Counted from the first letter of the stretch, positions 40,608 through 52,577 are shown. The stretch: 64,000 nucleotides of DNA from Gemmatimonadota bacterium (GCA_034521595.1 JAXHMG010000003.1:1632001-1696000); one strand, 5' to 3'. The notes: generated by a model not told the origin, from the letters alone. Program-made: numbers and translations.

Positions 40608-43427
40608 GTGGCGGATTCCAAGAAAGATCCATTCGGAGCACGGACGACCCTCGACCTCCCCGAAGGTCGCACGTCCTTTTATCGGCTGGCGAAGCTGGAA
40701 GAGGACGGCGTCGTCGACTCCCTGGCCCGGCTTCCATTCTCGATTCGAATCCTGCTCGAGAACGCGCTTCGCCACGCGGGAAGCCCCTACGTGAAGGAAG
40801 AACACGTACATGCCATAGCCGCGTGGAGCCCCACGAACGCGGGCGCCGACATCCCGTTCATGCCGAGTCGCGTGGTCCTCCAGGACTTCACGGGCGTTCC
40901 CGCCGTGGTCGACCTCGCCGCGATGCGGGACGGGCTGGGTCATCTGGGCGGAGACCCTGCGAGAATCAACCCGGTGGTTCCCGCCGACCTGGTCATCGAC
41001 CACTCGGTGCAGGTGGACTACTTCGGCACCGCCGAAGCTTTCGGACAGAACGTCACGCGCGAGTACGAGCGCAACCACGAGCGGTACGCGCTCCTCCGCT
41101 GGGCGCAGGAAGCCTTCGCCAACTTCTCGGTGGTCCCCCCGGGCACCGGCATCGTGCACCAGGTGAACCTCGAGTACCTCGCTTCCGTCATGCACCGACG
41201 CGAGGAGGACGGCGAGTTCGTCACCTACCCCGACACACTGGTGGGCACGGACTCCCACACGACCATGATCAACGGCCTGGGCGTCGTCGGCTGGGGCGTG
41301 GGTGGTATCGAAGCCGAGGCGGTCGTCCTCGGACAGCCGTACTACATGCTGATGCCGGAAGTCGTGGGCATGAAGATGACCGGCTCCCTTCCGGAAGGCG
41401 CCACGGCCACGGACCTGGTGCTCCGGGTGACCGAGATGCTCCGCGAGCACGGCGTCGTGGGCCGCTTCGTGGAGTTCTACGGCGCCGGGCTGAGCAACCT
41501 CTCGCTGCCGGACAAGGCCACGCTCGCGAACATGGCGCCCGAGTACGGCGCCACCATCGGGTTCTTCCCGGTCGACGACGCGACGCTCGAGTATCTTCGA
41601 GGCACCGGGAGGGATCCCGAGGTGGTCGACCGGGTGGAGCGGGTGTCCAAGGAGCTCGGGCTCTTCCGCACCGACGACATCCCGGATCCGGAGTTCACCT
41701 CGACGCTCGAGCTGGACATGTCCACGGTGGAGCCGAGCCTGGCCGGGCCGAAGCGTCCGCAGGACCGGGTCCGACTCGTCGACATGCGCCCCGCCTTCGA
41801 GCGCGAGCTTCCCGACCTCGTGCCGGCCGGATTCGACTTCCCGTCTCCGGAAGAGGCCGAGGCCGAAGGGGAGCCGCGCGGCACGGAAAGCTGGGCCGGC
41901 GAAGGAGGAGACGAGCCGGTGACGGTGGCCGGCCACGTCGCGAGCGCCCACTGCAACCGGACCGTGACGCTCTCGCACAACGGCGAAGAGATCGAGATCT
42001 CGGACGGAACACTGGTCATCGCCGCCATCACCTCCTGCACGAACACGTCGAACCCCTCCGTCATGATCGGTGCAGGACTCGTCGCCCAGAAGGCGGTGGA
42101 GCGGGGACTCGAGGTGCCGTCCTGGGTCAAGACGAGCATGGCGCCGGGGTCCAAGGTGGTAACCGACTACCTCCGAGGGTCAGGCCTGCTCGAGCCGCTC
42201 GAGAAGCTGAGCTTTCAAGTGGTCGGATACGGGTGCACGACCTGCATCGGTAACTCCGGCCCACTCGACGAGAACATTCACCAGGCGATCGAAGAGAACG
42301 GACTGGTCGTGGGCGCGGTGCTCTCCGGGAACCGGAACTTCGAGGCCCGCATCCACCCGCTGGTGCGCGCGAACTACCTCGCGTCCCCCATGCTCGTCGT
42401 CGCCTACGCCCTCGCGGGACGCCTCGACATCGACATGTACAACGAGCCGCTGGGCCGCGACCGCGACGGAAAGCCGGTCTTCATGGCCGACATATGGCCG
42501 ACCCAGGAGGAGATCAGGGACACCGTCGCCTCGGCGCTGAAGCCGGAGATGTACCGCCACCGGTACGCCGAGGTCTTCGAGGGCGACGAGCATTGGCGCG
42601 ACCTCCCGGTGCCCGCGGAGGGCAGCCTCTACGCCTGGAACGACGAATCCACGTACGTGCAGCGTCCCCCGTTCTTCGAGGGCATGGGAGCCGGCGTGCC
42701 GGAGCCGTCCGACGTCCGGGGCGCGCGCGTGCTCGCGCTGCTCGGGCAATCCGTGACGACCGACCACATCTCACCCGCGGGCGCGATTCCGAAGCACGAG
42801 CCGGCCGGACGGTACCTCCGTGACAAAGGCATCGAGGTAAAGGACTTCAACACCTTCGGTGCCCGGCGGGGCAACCACGAGGTCATGATGCGCGGCACCT
42901 TCGGCAACGTGCGCATCAAGAACCTCCTGCTCGACGGTCGCGAAGGTGGCTACACGGTGCATTTCCCGACGGACGAGGAGTTGCCGATCTACGACGCTTC
43001 CATGCGCTACCAGGAAGAGGGAACCCCCCTCGTCATCCTGGCCGGCCGGGAATACGGCACGGGGAGCTCGCGCGACTGGGCCGCGAAGGGCACGGTGCTC
43101 CTCGGCGTGCGAGCGGTCATCGCCGAGAGCTACGAGCGGATCCACCGCAGCAACCTCGTCGGCATGGGCGTGCTTCCGCTCGAGTTCCCGAAGGGCGAGG
43201 GCGCCGAGTCCTTGGGGCTCACGGGCCGCGAGACGTTCGACATCGAGGGGATCTCGAAGGACATCGAGCCGGGCGGAACCGTTGCCGTCACCGCGACGGC
43301 CGAAGACGGATCCGAGACGGAGTTCGAGGCGACGGTCCGCCTCGACTCCGACATCGACGTGGAGTACTACCTGAACGGCGGGATCCTGCAGACGGTGCTC
43401 CGGAAGATGGCCCTCGGCGAGATGTAG
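40608..43427 (+). CDS. acnA: Aconitate hydratase A
   Basis: [51 protein letters not shown] before the GTG start. Confidence 0.97.
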   Translation: MADSKKDPFGARTTLDLPEGRTSFYRLAKLEEDGVVDSLARLPFSIRILLENALRHAGSPYVKEEHVHAIAAWSPTNAGADIPFMPSRVVLQDFTGVPAVVDLAAMRDGLGHLGGDPARINPVVPADLVIDHSVQVDYFGTAEAFGQNVTREYERNHERYALLRWAQEAFANFSVVPPGTGIVHQVNLEYLASVMHRREEDGEFVTYPDTLVGTDSHTTMINGLGVVGWGVGGIEAEAVVLGQPYYMLMPEVVGMKMTGSLPEGATATDLVLRVTEMLREHGVVGRFVEFYGAGLSNLSLPDKATLANMAPEYGATIGFFPVDDATLEYLRGTGRDPEVVDRVERVSKELGLFRTDDIPDPEFTSTLELDMSTVEPSLAGPKRPQDRVRLVDMRPAFERELPDLVPAGFDFPSPEEAEAEGEPRGTESWAGEGGDEPVTVAGHVASAHCNRTVTLSHNGEEIEISDGTLVIAAITSCTNTSNPSVMIGAGLVAQKAVERGLEVPSWVKTSMAPGSKVVTDYLRGSGLLEPLEKLSFQVVGYGCTTCIGNSGPLDENIHQAIEENGLVVGAVLSGNRNFEARIHPLVRANYLASPMLVVAYALAGRLDIDMYNEPLGRDRDGKPVFMADIWPTQEEIRDTVASALKPEMYRHRYAEVFEGDEHWRDLPVPAEGSLYAWNDESTYVQRPPFFEGMGAGVPEPSDVRGARVLALLGQSVTTDHISPAGAIPKHEPAGRYLRDKGIEVKDFNTFGARRGNHEVMMRGTFGNVRIKNLLLDGREGGYTVHFPTDEELPIYDASMRYQEEGTPLVILAGREYGTGSSRDWAAKGTVLLGVRAVIAESYERIHRSNLVGMGVLPLEFPKGEGAESLGLTGRETFDIEGISKDIEPGGTVAVTATAEDGSETEFEATVRLDSDIDVEYYLNGGILQTVLRKMALGEM

Positions 43428-43437
43428 CCGCGAGCTG

Positions 43438-44052
43438 CTACGGCCGCTCGTCGCCGTCCTTCATGGCGGCGGGCGGGCCAAGCACTTCCTGCAAGATCAC
43501 GGCCTGCTTGAGCGCGTCCGCGCCTTCCCTCCCTTGGAGCATGGCACGGACGCGCTTCGCATTTCGGTTCTCGTGCCCCGACGGACGCCAGTCCTGCCGC
43601 GACGGGGCACGCTCCGACGGATCCGTCCCGTACACCGTGTGTGTGCGGTGGACCGGGTGCGCATCATCGTCGGCGACCGGCATCGGCGACCGGCTCGGCT
43701 CGGGCTGAGGGGCCGGCACGGGCCTCGGCGCCGGCCGGGCGGACTCCGACGCGGGCTTTGGCTCGGCGGGCCGGGGAGCGGTAGGCGGCTCCGCATCGGG
43801 CTCCGGCTCGGGCTCTCGCTCCCCTGGAGCCAAGCCCGCGATCTCCTCCCAAATGTCAGCCGGGATCATCGTTTCGGACGGCTCTTCGCTCGTCTGCCGG
43901 TCCGCACCGTCGAGGTTTCGGTCCCGCGGCACCTCGGCACGCACCTCATCATCCCCTTCCCCGTCCTCGGCACGCTCCTTCTTACGTTGGCGCGCGACCG
44001 ACTCGAGGATGGAGAAGAGGATGATGACGGCGAAAAAGATCAGCTCGGCCAC
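43438..44052 (-). CDS. Hypothetical membrane-anchored Pro-rich protein (YqfB-like, floA-associated)
   Basis: N-terminal TM helix, C-terminal LKQAVILQEVLGPP; follows floA. Confidence 0.75.
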   Translation of the reverse strand: MAELIFFAVIILFSILESVARQRKKERAEDGEGDDEVRAEVPRDRNLDGADRQTSEEPSETMIPADIWEEIAGLAPGEREPEPEPDAEPPTAPRPAEPKPASESARPAPRPVPAPQPEPSRSPMPVADDDAHPVHRTHTVYGTDPSERAPSRQDWRPSGHENRNAKRVRAMLQGREGADALKQAVILQEVLGPPAAMKDGDERP

Positions 44053-44058
44053 GGCGCG

Positions 44059-45057
44059 CTACTCGCTCCCTTCCTGGCTCGAGCTACCGTCGTCCGGCCC
44101 CGCTATGGATTCTCGCATCGACGTGTCGGCCTCGACGTTCTTGTAGCGGACGAAATCCATCACGCCGAGATTCCCGTTCCGGAACGCTTCGGATATAGCC
44201 AAAGGCACCTCCGCCTCGGCCTTCACCACGTCGGCACGCCGCTCGACGACCAATGCCTTCATCTCCTGCTCCTGGGCGACCGCCATGGCACGGCGCTCCT
44301 CGGCACGGGCCTGCGCCACGCGCTTGTCCGCCTCGGCCTGGTCCGTCTGGAGCTCGGCCCCGATGTTCTTGCCCACGTCGACGTCGGCGATGTCGATCGA
44401 AAGAATCTCGAACGCCGTCCCTGAATCCAGACCCTTCTGGAGCACCCCCTTGGAGATGCCGTCTGGATTCTCCAGAACCGCTTTGTGCGAGTCGGCTGAA
44501 CCGATCGTGGAGACGATCCCCTCACCCACCCGAGCGAGGATGGTTTCCTCGCCGGCACCCCCGACGAGGCGGTTGATGTTCGCCCGCACGGTCACCCGCG
44601 CGATGGCGATCAGCTGGATGCCGTCCTTGGCCATGGCGGCCACCTTGGGCGTGTTGATCACCTTCGGATTCACCGAAAACTGCACGGCCTCGAAGACGTC
44701 GCGTCCGGCCAGGTCGATGGCCGCCGCCTGGTTGAAGCGGAGCTCGATGTTCGCCTTGTCCGCGCTGATGAGCGCCCCCACGACCCGGTCGACGCGCCCT
44801 CCGGCCAGATAGTGCGCTTCCAGCAAGTTGATATCGAGGTCGAGGCCCGCCTTCGTCGCCGTGATCAGGGGCCGCACCACGGCCGGTGGTGACACCTTCC
44901 GGAGCCGCATCCCGACCAACGATCCGATCCCGACCTTCACGCCGGCCGAGATCGCCTCGATCCACAAGCGCACCGGAATCGCCCACAGGACGATCAGGAG
45001 AAGGACGACGGCGCCGATCGCGAGGATGGCGTTGAGCGCGAGAATCTGGTCTTGCAT
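44059..45057 (-). CDS. floA: Flotillin-like protein FloA (YqfA)
   Basis: [40 protein letters not shown]. Confidence 0.95.
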   Translation of the reverse strand: MQDQILALNAILAIGAVVLLLIVLWAIPVRLWIEAISAGVKVGIGSLVGMRLRKVSPPAVVRPLITATKAGLDLDINLLEAHYLAGGRVDRVVGALISADKANIELRFNQAAAIDLAGRDVFEAVQFSVNPKVINTPKVAAMAKDGIQLIAIARVTVRANINRLVGGAGEETILARVGEGIVSTIGSADSHKAVLENPDGISKGVLQKGLDSGTAFEILSIDIADVDVGKNIGAELQTDQAEADKRVAQARAEERRAMAVAQEQEMKALVVERRADVVKAEAEVPLAISEAFRNGNLGVMDFVRYKNVEADTSMRESIAGPDDGSSSQEGSE

Positions 45058-45059
45058 CG

Positions 45060-46490
45060 CTACTGACCTTCGGAAGAAGTGGTCGGATCGGGAGGAATCG
45101 TCGCCGGCGCGTGATCACTCGTGTCGGCTTCACGGACCACGTGCCGGTACCCCTCGGCGCTGATGATTCGGATGGGCGTGCCCGCCGTGATCCATGCGGA
45201 CTCCGAGACTACGTCGATACGCTGCTCGCCGAACAGCCCGGTGCCGGACGGTCTGAGGTCGGTCAAGGCCGTCCCTACCGAACCGACGAGCTCGGACCGC
45301 TGGTCGTCCGATTCGTATCCGGTGAAGCTCTCGGTCCGGTCGAGAAGGAAGATCCCGCTCTTCGCGAGCCTCGAGCTACGGGGAAGCGATCGGATCATCG
45401 CCCAGGACGTGACCAGGACGAGCAGCACGGTCGTGCTGAGCACGAGTCCGGCCCGCGCGAAGTCAGGGGTCGTGGGGAGGGATCCCAGCATGCTCATGAA
45501 GAGTCCCGCGAGCAAGCCGAGTCCTCCGAGCACCCCGAAGATTCCGAATCCCGGGACCACGAACGCTTCGATGCCCAGAAGCACCAGACCGGCCCCGAAG
45601 ACCAGCAGGTCCTCCATCCCCGCGAGCCCGACGATCAGGTGCGACCCGAAGAAGAGCGCCAGAGAGAGGATCCCCGCGGCTCCCGCGATGCCGAAGGACG
45701 GCGTCTTGATCTCGGTGATCAGCCCCAGGATCCCCAGAGTGAGGAGGAACGGAGCGATCACGGGATTCGAGAAGAAGCGCACCAGGCGCTCCGCCCAGTT
45801 GACTTCGGCGGTCACGACGGACGCCCCTCGGGCCTCCCGGACATCGAGAAGAGCGTCGAGGTCGTCGACTTGCTCGGCATAACCGATCCGAACGGCATCG
45901 TCCGTGGTGAGCGTGAGGAGCTTGCCGGCTTCGACCACCCCTTCCACGGCGATGTCTTCGTCCACCATCGCGGCGGCCACTTCCGGATCCAGACCCCGTT
46001 CCTCGGCGAGCGCGCGCATCTCGCTGCGCATGGCCGAGACGATCTTCTCGGAGGCCTTTTCGCCCGATCCGTCCACCGGGGTCGCGGCTCCGATGACCGC
46101 ACCGGGCCGCATGTAGATCCCGTCCGTGGCCAGCGCGATCAGGGCTCCGGCCGAGAAGGCACGTCGGTTGACCAGCGTATAGACGGGAACGTCGCTGTCA
46201 CGCAACGCGTCGGTGATCCGCTGGGCGGCATCCACGCGCCCTCCCGGCGTATCCATGTCGAGCACCACGAAGGCCGCCCCGGAAGCCTCCGCCTCGGCCA
46301 GGCTCCGTTCAATGAAGGGGGCGAGGCCGAGCTCGACGACACCGGTCACGGGAATCCGCACGACCGTGGCCGTTTCCTGCGCCGAACCCCCCGCCGGCGC
46401 CGCGGTCGCGACGACGACGAAGGCGAGCGCCACAGCGAGTCCGATACGAGCCGGACGTGCGGCCACCCGTCGAATCATGGGAGCATCCAT
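45060..46490 (-). CDS. nfeD: NfeD family membrane-bound ClpP-class protease
   Basis: [18 protein letters not shown] bundle, LRPSG OB domain; start uncertain. Confidence 0.9.
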   Translation of the reverse strand: MDAPMIRRVAARPARIGLAVALAFVVVATAAPAGGSAQETATVVRIPVTGVVELGLAPFIERSLAEAEASGAAFVVLDMDTPGGRVDAAQRITDALRDSDVPVYTLVNRRAFSAGALIALATDGIYMRPGAVIGAATPVDGSGEKASEKIVSAMRSEMRALAEERGLDPEVAAAMVDEDIAVEGVVEAGKLLTLTTDDAVRIGYAEQVDDLDALLDVREARGASVVTAEVNWAERLVRFFSNPVIAPFLLTLGILGLITEIKTPSFGIAGAAGILSLALFFGSHLIVGLAGMEDLLVFGAGLVLLGIEAFVVPGFGIFGVLGGLGLLAGLFMSMLGSLPTTPDFARAGLVLSTTVLLVLVTSWAMIRSLPRSSRLAKSGIFLLDRTESFTGYESDDQRSELVGSVGTALTDLRPSGTGLFGEQRIDVVSESAWITAGTPIRIISAEGYRHVVREADTSDHAPATIPPDPTTSSEGQ

Positions 46491-46543
46491 TGCCTGAAAG
46501 GTACGTCCGAACTGCATGTGCACCAGACCGGGGGGGCGTTCGC

Positions 46544-46573
46544 TTGACCCCGGCAGGGCGCTCCGGGTAACCT
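46544..46573 (+). promoter_or_regulatory. Sigma70 promoter TTGACC-N18-TAACCT for the crotonase operon
   Basis: Near-consensus hexamers about 100 bp upstream of the ATG. Confidence 0.55.
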
Positions 46574-46673
46574 TTTGCGTCTCACTCGGCGTAACGGAAC
46601 TCCCCGGGAGGGCCGTGTATACGGGGCTTCGTCACGGCAGCAGACTCGATCCAGACTCCAGAGGAAAGCCCAG

Positions 46674-47474
46674 ATGTCCGACAAGGTACTGGTCCATTAC
46701 GAGGTGCGGGGCAAGGTCGCGCTCCTGACCCTCGACGACCCCCCCGCCAACACGTACACGCACGAGATGATGCGCCAGATCGACGAGGCGGTCGTCAAGG
46801 CGCGGTTCGACAAGGACGTGGAGGTGATCGTCCTTACGGGTGCGGGCGACAAGTTCTTCTGCGCGGGCGCGAACATCGGCATGCTGTCCGAGGCCGATCC
46901 CGACTGGAAGTACTGCTTCTGCCTCCACGCGAACGAGACCCTCAACCGGCTCGAGCACACGCCGAAGCTCGTCATCGCAGCGCTGAACGGGCACACCGTG
47001 GGCGGTGGGCTCGAGATCGCCATGGCCGCGGACATCCGGATCGCTCGGAAGGACTCCGGAAAGGTCGGCCTCCCCGAGGTCGCGCTCGGCGTTCTCCCGG
47101 GCACCGGCGGCACGCAGCGCTTGGTCCGCTTGGTGGGCAAGCCCAATGCGATTCAGCTCATGGCCGAGGGCTCGACGTTCGACTTCGGCAGAGCTCAGGA
47201 GCTGGGGCTGGTGAACACGATTCTCGACGTCGAGGACCGTGACGCGTTCCTGGACGCAGTCCTGGAGTACGCCGGGCAATTCACGACCCCGGACAAGGCC
47301 ACCAAGGCGGTCGGCTTCATCAAGCGTTCCGTGCAGACCGGAGCCGAGATGCCCTTCGAGCTGGCGCTCACGCTCGAGCGTGAGCTTCAGGCTCAGCTTT
47401 TCGCCAGCACCGACGCGAAGGAAGGGCTCGACGCATACGTCGACAAGCGGAAGCCCGAGTTCAAGGGCAAATAA
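46674..47474 (+). CDS. Enoyl-CoA hydratase/isomerase family protein
   Basis: FCAGANI, GGGLEIA, PEVALGVLPGTGGTQ. Confidence 0.92.
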   Translation: MSDKVLVHYEVRGKVALLTLDDPPANTYTHEMMRQIDEAVVKARFDKDVEVIVLTGAGDKFFCAGANIGMLSEADPDWKYCFCLHANETLNRLEHTPKLVIAALNGHTVGGGLEIAMAADIRIARKDSGKVGLPEVALGVLPGTGGTQRLVRLVGKPNAIQLMAEGSTFDFGRAQELGLVNTILDVEDRDAFLDAVLEYAGQFTTPDKATKAVGFIKRSVQTGAEMPFELALTLERELQAQLFASTDAKEGLDAYVDKRKPEFKGK

Positions 47475-47493
47475 GCTCGTGATAGAGCATGGT

Positions 47494-47530
47494 GCGGGGT
47501 CCGGAAGCAGCTTCCGGGCCCCGCTTTTTT
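47494..47530 (+). terminator. Intrinsic terminator between crotonase and thiolase
   Basis: GCGGGGTCCGGAAG-CAG-CTTCCGGGCCCCGC followed by TTTTTT. Confidence 0.85.
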
Positions 47531-47552
47531 GCGATCTGGTGGAGAAACCCAT

Positions 47553-48749
47553 ATGCGGGAAGCATGGATCATCGATGCGGTGCGGACGCCGATCGGACGA
47601 CACGGAGGCGCGCTCGCTCCGGTCAGGCCTGACGACCTCGCAGCGCTGACGATCACGGAGTTGGTGGAGCGCTCGGGCATCGATCCACACGTCCTGGACG
47701 ACGTGATCTTCGGTTGCACCAACCAAGCGGGTGAGGACAACCGCAACGTAGCCCGGATGGCGCTGCTGCGCGCGGACCTTCCCGTCACCGTGCCGGGCCA
47801 GACGGTGAATCGCTTGTGCGGCTCGGGAATGCAGGCCGTCGCGTCGGCCTTCCAGGCGATCCGCGCCGGTGAGGGGGACGCCTTCGTCGTGGGTGGGGTC
47901 GAAACCATGAGCCGCGCGCCCTGGGTCATGCTCAAACCAGAACGAGCCTATCCCCGAGGAGCCCCCGAGACGGCCGACACCGTGCTCGGCTGGCGATTTC
48001 CCAATCCAGCCTTCGTTCCGGAATGGACGATCGGGCTGGGCGAGACGGCCGAAGTCGTCGCGGAAGAGTTCGACGTAACCCGGGAGGAGCAGGACGCGTT
48101 CGCGGCCGAGAGTCAGCGACGAGCCGCCGCCGCCATGGAAGAAGGCCGTTTCGACGAAGAGCTGGTGCCGGTGACCGTACCCGTCCGTAAGGGGGATCCG
48201 GTGGTGGTGGACCGTGACGAGCATCCCCGGGCCGGTACGACCGTGGAGGCGTTGAGCCGACTCCGTCCCGTCTTCAAGAAGGGCGGCTCGGTGACAGCCG
48301 GAAATTCCTCGGGGATCAATGACGGAGCGGCGGGCCTGCTCATGGTTTCCGCCGAACGCGGCGAAGCCCTCGGACTCGAGCCCATGGCACGCGTCGTGGC
48401 GAGCGCCGTGGCTGGTGTGGAGCCCCACCGTATGGGCGTCGGCCCGATCCCCGCCACGCGCGGGGCACTCGCCCGAGCCGGATGGACGGCTTCGGACCTC
48501 GACCTCGTCGAGCTGAACGAAGCGTTCGCGGCCCAGGCCCTTCCCTGCATGCGGGAGCTGGATCTCGACCCCGAGTCGGTCAACGTGAATGGCGGGGCGA
48601 TCGCGCTCGGGCACCCCGTCGGATGCTCCGGGGCCCGGATCGTGGTCACCCTCTTGCACGAGATGAAGCGACGAGGTGCCCGCAAGGGGCTGGCATCGAT
48701 GTGCATTGGAGTCGGACAGGGAATCGCTACGCTGTGGGAGGTCGCATGA
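47553..48749 (+). CDS. Thiolase (PcaF/PaaJ-like 3-oxoadipyl-CoA thiolase)
   Basis: [37 protein letters not shown]. Confidence 0.92.
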   Translation: MREAWIIDAVRTPIGRHGGALAPVRPDDLAALTITELVERSGIDPHVLDDVIFGCTNQAGEDNRNVARMALLRADLPVTVPGQTVNRLCGSGMQAVASAFQAIRAGEGDAFVVGGVETMSRAPWVMLKPERAYPRGAPETADTVLGWRFPNPAFVPEWTIGLGETAEVVAEEFDVTREEQDAFAAESQRRAAAAMEEGRFDEELVPVTVPVRKGDPVVVDRDEHPRAGTTVEALSRLRPVFKKGGSVTAGNSSGINDGAAGLLMVSAERGEALGLEPMARVVASAVAGVEPHRMGVGPIPATRGALARAGWTASDLDLVELNEAFAAQALPCMRELDLDPESVNVNGGAIALGHPVGCSGARIVVTLLHEMKRRGARKGLASMCIGVGQGIATLWEVA

Positions 48750-49600
48750 GAAACATCGACAACGTCGCCGTCGTCGGAGCCGGAACCATGGGCCACGGAA
48801 TCGCCCAGGTGTGCGCGGCAGCCGGCTGCGACGTTCGCCTCTACGACGTGAACGAGGAAGCCGTCGAGCAGGGCACGGCCCGGATCCGTGCGAACCTCGA
48901 GAAAGGCATCGATCGCGGGAAGGTTACGGAGGACGAGCGGGACCGGGTCCTCGAACACCTGTCCACGACGACGGACCTGACCGACGCGGCGGCCGGCGCC
49001 GACCTCGTCGTCGAAGCCGCGCCCGAGTCGATGGACCTCAAGGAGCGGATCTTTCGCGAGGTCGCGACCGCCGCCCCGGACGACGCTCTGCTCGCGAGCA
49101 ACACGTCATCGCTCTCCATCGGGCGAATCGCCCAAGCCGTTCCCCGTCCGGAACGATTTCTGGGCATGCACTTCTTCAACCCGGTTCACATCATGGCCCT
49201 GGTGGAGGTGGTCTGGGGACCCGAAACCGGAGACGAGGCCCGTGACGCGGTCGTGGACTTCGCTCGTCGCTTGGGCAAGGAACCCATCGTCGTGAAAGAC
49301 GCGCCCGGCTTCGCCTCCTCCAGGTTGGGCGTCGTGCTGGGCCTCGAGGCGATCCGGATGGTCGAGCAAGGCGTGGCGACCGCCGAGGACATCGACAAGG
49401 CCATGGAGCTCGGTTACCGCCATCCCATGGGTCCGCTCAAGCTCACCGATCTCATCGGCCTCGACGTGCGGCTCGGGATCGCCGAATATCTGCACGAGAC
49501 ACTCGCGTCAGAGGCGTTCGCCCCGCCCGAGCTTCTGCGCCGCATGGTTTCGGAGGAGAAGCTGGGGAAGAAGACTGGCCAGGGCTTCTACACTTGGTAG
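48746..49600 (+). CDS. 3-hydroxyacyl-CoA dehydrogenase
   Basis: [28 protein letters not shown]. Confidence 0.93.
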   Translation: MRNIDNVAVVGAGTMGHGIAQVCAAAGCDVRLYDVNEEAVEQGTARIRANLEKGIDRGKVTEDERDRVLEHLSTTTDLTDAAAGADLVVEAAPESMDLKERIFREVATAAPDDALLASNTSSLSIGRIAQAVPRPERFLGMHFFNPVHIMALVEVVWGPETGDEARDAVVDFARRLGKEPIVVKDAPGFASSRLGVVLGLEAIRMVEQGVATAEDIDKAMELGYRHPMGPLKLTDLIGLDVRLGIAEYLHETLASEAFAPPELLRRMVSEEKLGKKTGQGFYTW

Positions 49601-49622
49601 CCGGATATAAGGACACGACCTC

Positions 49623-50405
49623 ATGAGCGAATCACCCGTTCTGCTGAAGAAGCGACCCGACCACATCGCGGTCGTCACACTGAATCGACCGGAGAAGCTC
49701 AACGCCCTGAACGCGGATGTCCGCGCGCGGCTCAAGGAGTTGTTCGCCGAGCTTCGGGACGACGAAGATGTCCGAGCCGTGGTCATCCACGGTGCGGGCG
49801 AGAAGGCTTTCGTGGCGGGTGCTGATGTCACGGAGTTCGCTGCACGAACCGCTGACGAACAACGGGAGATCTACCGCCAACCTCGCATCTATGAAGCGGT
49901 CGCGGATTTCCCGAAACCGGTCATCGCCGCGCTACACGGGTTCTGCATCGGAGGCGGGTCGGAGCTCGCACTGGCCTGTGACATCCGCGTAGCCGACAGA
50001 AGCACCCAGATCAGCCAGGCGGAAGTTCGTATCGGTCTGATTCCCGGCGGAGGAGGCACCCAGCGGCTGGCCCGGTTGGTCGGACGGGGATGGGCCACGA
50101 TCATCTCGCTCACCGGGGACTTCGTGGAGGCCGAGGAAGCACACCGGATCGGGCTCGTCGATATCCTGGTCGACGAGGGTGAGCACCTCGAGCGTGCGCT
50201 CGAGCTCGCAGGCCGGATGACTCGGTGGAGCCCCGTTTCGCTCCGCCTCGGCAAGGAAGCGATCCGAGCCGCGTTCGAGAAGCCCCTCGCGGAGGGGCTC
50301 GAACACGAAAAGGAGCTATTCCTGGAAGCTTTCGCCTCCGAGGACGGCCGGGAAGGTGTTCGAGCCTTCGTGGAGAAGCGCAAGCCCGAGTTCAAAGGAA
50401 GGTAG
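49623..50405 (+). CDS. Enoyl-CoA hydratase
   Basis: LNRPEKLNAL, FVAGAD, GGGSELA, EVRIGLIPGGGGTQ. Confidence 0.93.
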   Translation: MSESPVLLKKRPDHIAVVTLNRPEKLNALNADVRARLKELFAELRDDEDVRAVVIHGAGEKAFVAGADVTEFAARTADEQREIYRQPRIYEAVADFPKPVIAALHGFCIGGGSELALACDIRVADRSTQISQAEVRIGLIPGGGGTQRLARLVGRGWATIISLTGDFVEAEEAHRIGLVDILVDEGEHLERALELAGRMTRWSPVSLRLGKEAIRAAFEKPLAEGLEHEKELFLEAFASEDGREGVRAFVEKRKPEFKGR

Positions 50406-50412
50406 TTCCACC

Positions 50413-50724
50413 ATGGCCGAAGACCGCGCCGCGCTCGACCGCCTCCGTGACCGCATTCACAGACTCGACCGCGAGCTGGTGACGCTCATCGCGGAGCGCC
50501 GGAGTCTCGTGTTGGAGATCGGCGGCCTCAAAGAATCCCTCGGGCTTCCCGTCCTGGACCCGCCCCAAGAGGCGAAAGTCGTCCGCCGCGCAGCCCAGAT
50601 CGCGCGTGAGGCGGGAACCGACGAAGAGTTGGTTCGGGACGTCCTCTGGCGCATCATCGCGTCCGCCCGATCCGAGCAGGAGGGGCGGACCCAATGGGGC
50701 CCGCCCCCCACACCGACGGATTGA
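50413..50724 (+). CDS. Chorismate mutase, AroQ type
   Basis: LRDRI..LDRELV.LIAER..IG.LK..PVLDP. Confidence 0.85.
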   Translation: MAEDRAALDRLRDRIHRLDRELVTLIAERRSLVLEIGGLKESLGLPVLDPPQEAKVVRRAAQIAREAGTDEELVRDVLWRIIASARSEQEGRTQWGPPPTPTD

Positions 50725-50727
50725 GCC

Positions 50728-51735
50728 CTACTCGGCCGCGTCCCGCTGGCTTGCCTCGACCGCCAGGGACGCGACGACCTGCGGTGACGCTCCGACCGGC
50801 ACGCGTACACCGTAGAGCTCCCCTGGTGGAGTGATCTGCTTGGTCAGATGCGGGTTCAGATTCCGCAAGACGTCGGGATGAATACCGAGGACCTCCGCGA
50901 TCCGGGATAGGTACGTGCCCCCAGGAACGAACACGCGGTCGAACATGTACGGCTCCGCCCGGGAAACGGCGAATCCGAAGCTGTCAGCCCCCTTCGCCAG
51001 GATGGTCGCCGCCACGATTCTCGGTACGTACTCCCGAGTCTCCGCGGGAAGGTAATCCAAGACCTCCCAGTACAGATCCTCATCACCCGTGCGACCGTCC
51101 GCATGCTGACCGAGAATCCGGTGAACTCGACTGGGACCCGCGTTGTATGCGGCCGCGGCCAGGTACCACGAGTCGAACCGTCCGTGGAGCCACTCGATAT
51201 AGTCGAGCGCTGCTTCCGTGGCTCGGACGGGGTCACGGCGCTCGTCCACATACTCGTCCACGCGGAGTCCGTACTCGATGGCCGTGGGACTCATGAACTG
51301 CCACATCCCCACGGCCGAAACCTGGGACACCGCCCACGGCGAGAGCCCCGACTCCATCATGGCCAAATACACGAGCTCCTCGGGCATGCCTCGCTCTCGC
51401 AACGCGTTGCGAATGAGCTCGTCGTAGACCCCTGAACGTTCGAGCACACGAGCAAATTCCGGGCGACCCGTCGTCTGAAAGCGACGCAGCCACTTCTCGA
51501 CACGCTCGTTCACGTGCAGCGGGAGCTCGGCGCCCACGGTCCGTACCGAATCCTCGGATACGACGGGATCCGGCCGGGATTCCTCGGAATCCGGGCGGAG
51601 GCTCGGGAGAAACGGCGCTACGAGCAGTGGGGCCAACCACCACCCATGGGTCGACACCAACCGACCCAAAGACTCCGAACGGGAGTCCGATCTATCGACA
51701 CGAGCAGGTTGCTCGCGAAGGTTCCGGGTAGACAT
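50728..51735 (-). CDS. Lytic murein transglycosylase (MltD-like SLT domain)
   Basis: MMESG, AVGMWQFM, AAYNAG, ETREYVP; GGAGG ribosome-binding site. Confidence 0.9.
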   Translation of the reverse strand: MSTRNLREQPARVDRSDSRSESLGRLVSTHGWWLAPLLVAPFLPSLRPDSEESRPDPVVSEDSVRTVGAELPLHVNERVEKWLRRFQTTGRPEFARVLERSGVYDELIRNALRERGMPEELVYLAMMESGLSPWAVSQVSAVGMWQFMSPTAIEYGLRVDEYVDERRDPVRATEAALDYIEWLHGRFDSWYLAAAAYNAGPSRVHRILGQHADGRTGDEDLYWEVLDYLPAETREYVPRIVAATILAKGADSFGFAVSRAEPYMFDRVFVPGGTYLSRIAEVLGIHPDVLRNLNPHLTKQITPPGELYGVRVPVGASPQVVASLAVEASQRDAAE

Positions 51736-51775
51736 CGTCCACCTCCTTCTCTTGTCGTCCCACGCCATCCTAACC

Positions 51776-51801
51776 TACGGAGTGCTCGATCCGAAAGTTG
51801 C
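51776..51801 (-). promoter_or_regulatory. ECF-type promoter GCAACT-N16-CGTA for the transglycosylase
   Basis: AAC/CGT ECF pattern about 40 bp upstream of the start. Confidence 0.5.
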
Positions 51802-51863
51802 GAACGAGCCTCCTGGATGCGCAGAAACGTCTCGAGCGCGCAAACCTCACGCGCGTATGCGAA

Positions 51864-51905
51864 GAGGTCCGGTCGACGGGCATCAATGCCGTCGATCCGG
51901 ACCTC
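51864..51905 (-). terminator. Hairpin downstream of rpmA
   Basis: GAGGTCCGG.TCGACGG..CCGTCGA.CCGGACCTC inverted repeat; weak U-tract. Confidence 0.6.
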
Positions 51906-51923
51906 ATCTCGCGTTGCTGCGGG

Positions 51924-52178
51924 CTACTCCGTGGGGTAAACCGACACCACGTTGCGAGCCCGCATCCTTTCGAACTTCACTACGCCGTCCACCAGCGAGA
52001 AGAGCGTGTCGTCCTTACCCTTGCCGACATTACGGCCGGGATGCACACGAGTTCCCCGTTGACGCACGACGATCCCTCCGGCACGAACCGGCTGTCCCCC
52101 GAAGCGTTTGACACCCAACCGCTTCGGGTTGCTGTCGCGTCCATTGCGACTGGATCCTACACCTTTCTTGTGAGCCAT
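51924..52178 (-). CDS. rpmA: 50S ribosomal protein L27
   Basis: [16 protein letters not shown]. Confidence 0.99.
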   Translation of the reverse strand: MAHKKGVGSSRNGRDSNPKRLGVKRFGGQPVRAGGIVVRQRGTRVHPGRNVGKGKDDTLFSLVDGVVKFERMRARNVVSVYPTE

Positions 52179-52214
52179 GGTGCTCTCGCTTCCTGGAAGA
52201 CGATCACCCGCCGC

Positions 52215-52532
52215 TCAGACGAGGGCGACCTCGTCGATCCTGATCTCGGTGAAGCCCTGCCGGTGACCCTGCTTCTTACGGTAGCCTTTCCGACGCTTCC
52301 GCTTGAAGACGATCACCTTGTCGTCCCGTCCATGGCGGACGACCTCGGCTTTGACCGAAGCACCGTCCACGACGGGGGTTCCGACCTGTACCTGCTCTTC
52401 ACCGTCTCCGGCGAGCAGCACCTGGTCGAATGTCACCGCACTTCCGGGCTCCACGTCGAGTGAAGGAATACGCAGACGCGCTCCGGGCTCCGCCCGAAAC
52501 TGCTTGCCACCGGTTTCGAAAACTGCGTACAT
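52215..52532 (-). CDS. rplU: 50S ribosomal protein L21
   Basis: MYAVFETGGKQ...KQGHRQ. Confidence 0.99.
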   Translation of the reverse strand: MYAVFETGGKQFRAEPGARLRIPSLDVEPGSAVTFDQVLLAGDGEEQVQVGTPVVDGASVKAEVVRHGRDDKVIVFKRKRRKGYRKKQGHRQGFTEIRIDEVALV

Positions 52533-52577
52533 ACGAACGTCTCACTTGAGCTCGGAAGGTCGTGTTCTAGCCTTATA

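Noticed and set aside
46632..48659. 675-aa minus-strand ORF
   Set aside because: Antisense to the crotonase and thiolase and crosses a terminator; no domain signal
51740..51860. c-di-AMP (ydaO) riboswitch before the lytic transglycosylase
   Set aside because: Only CTCCGTAGG resembles it; the GCTGAA and CAGCTAAC cores are missing, and an ECF promoter explains the sequence better
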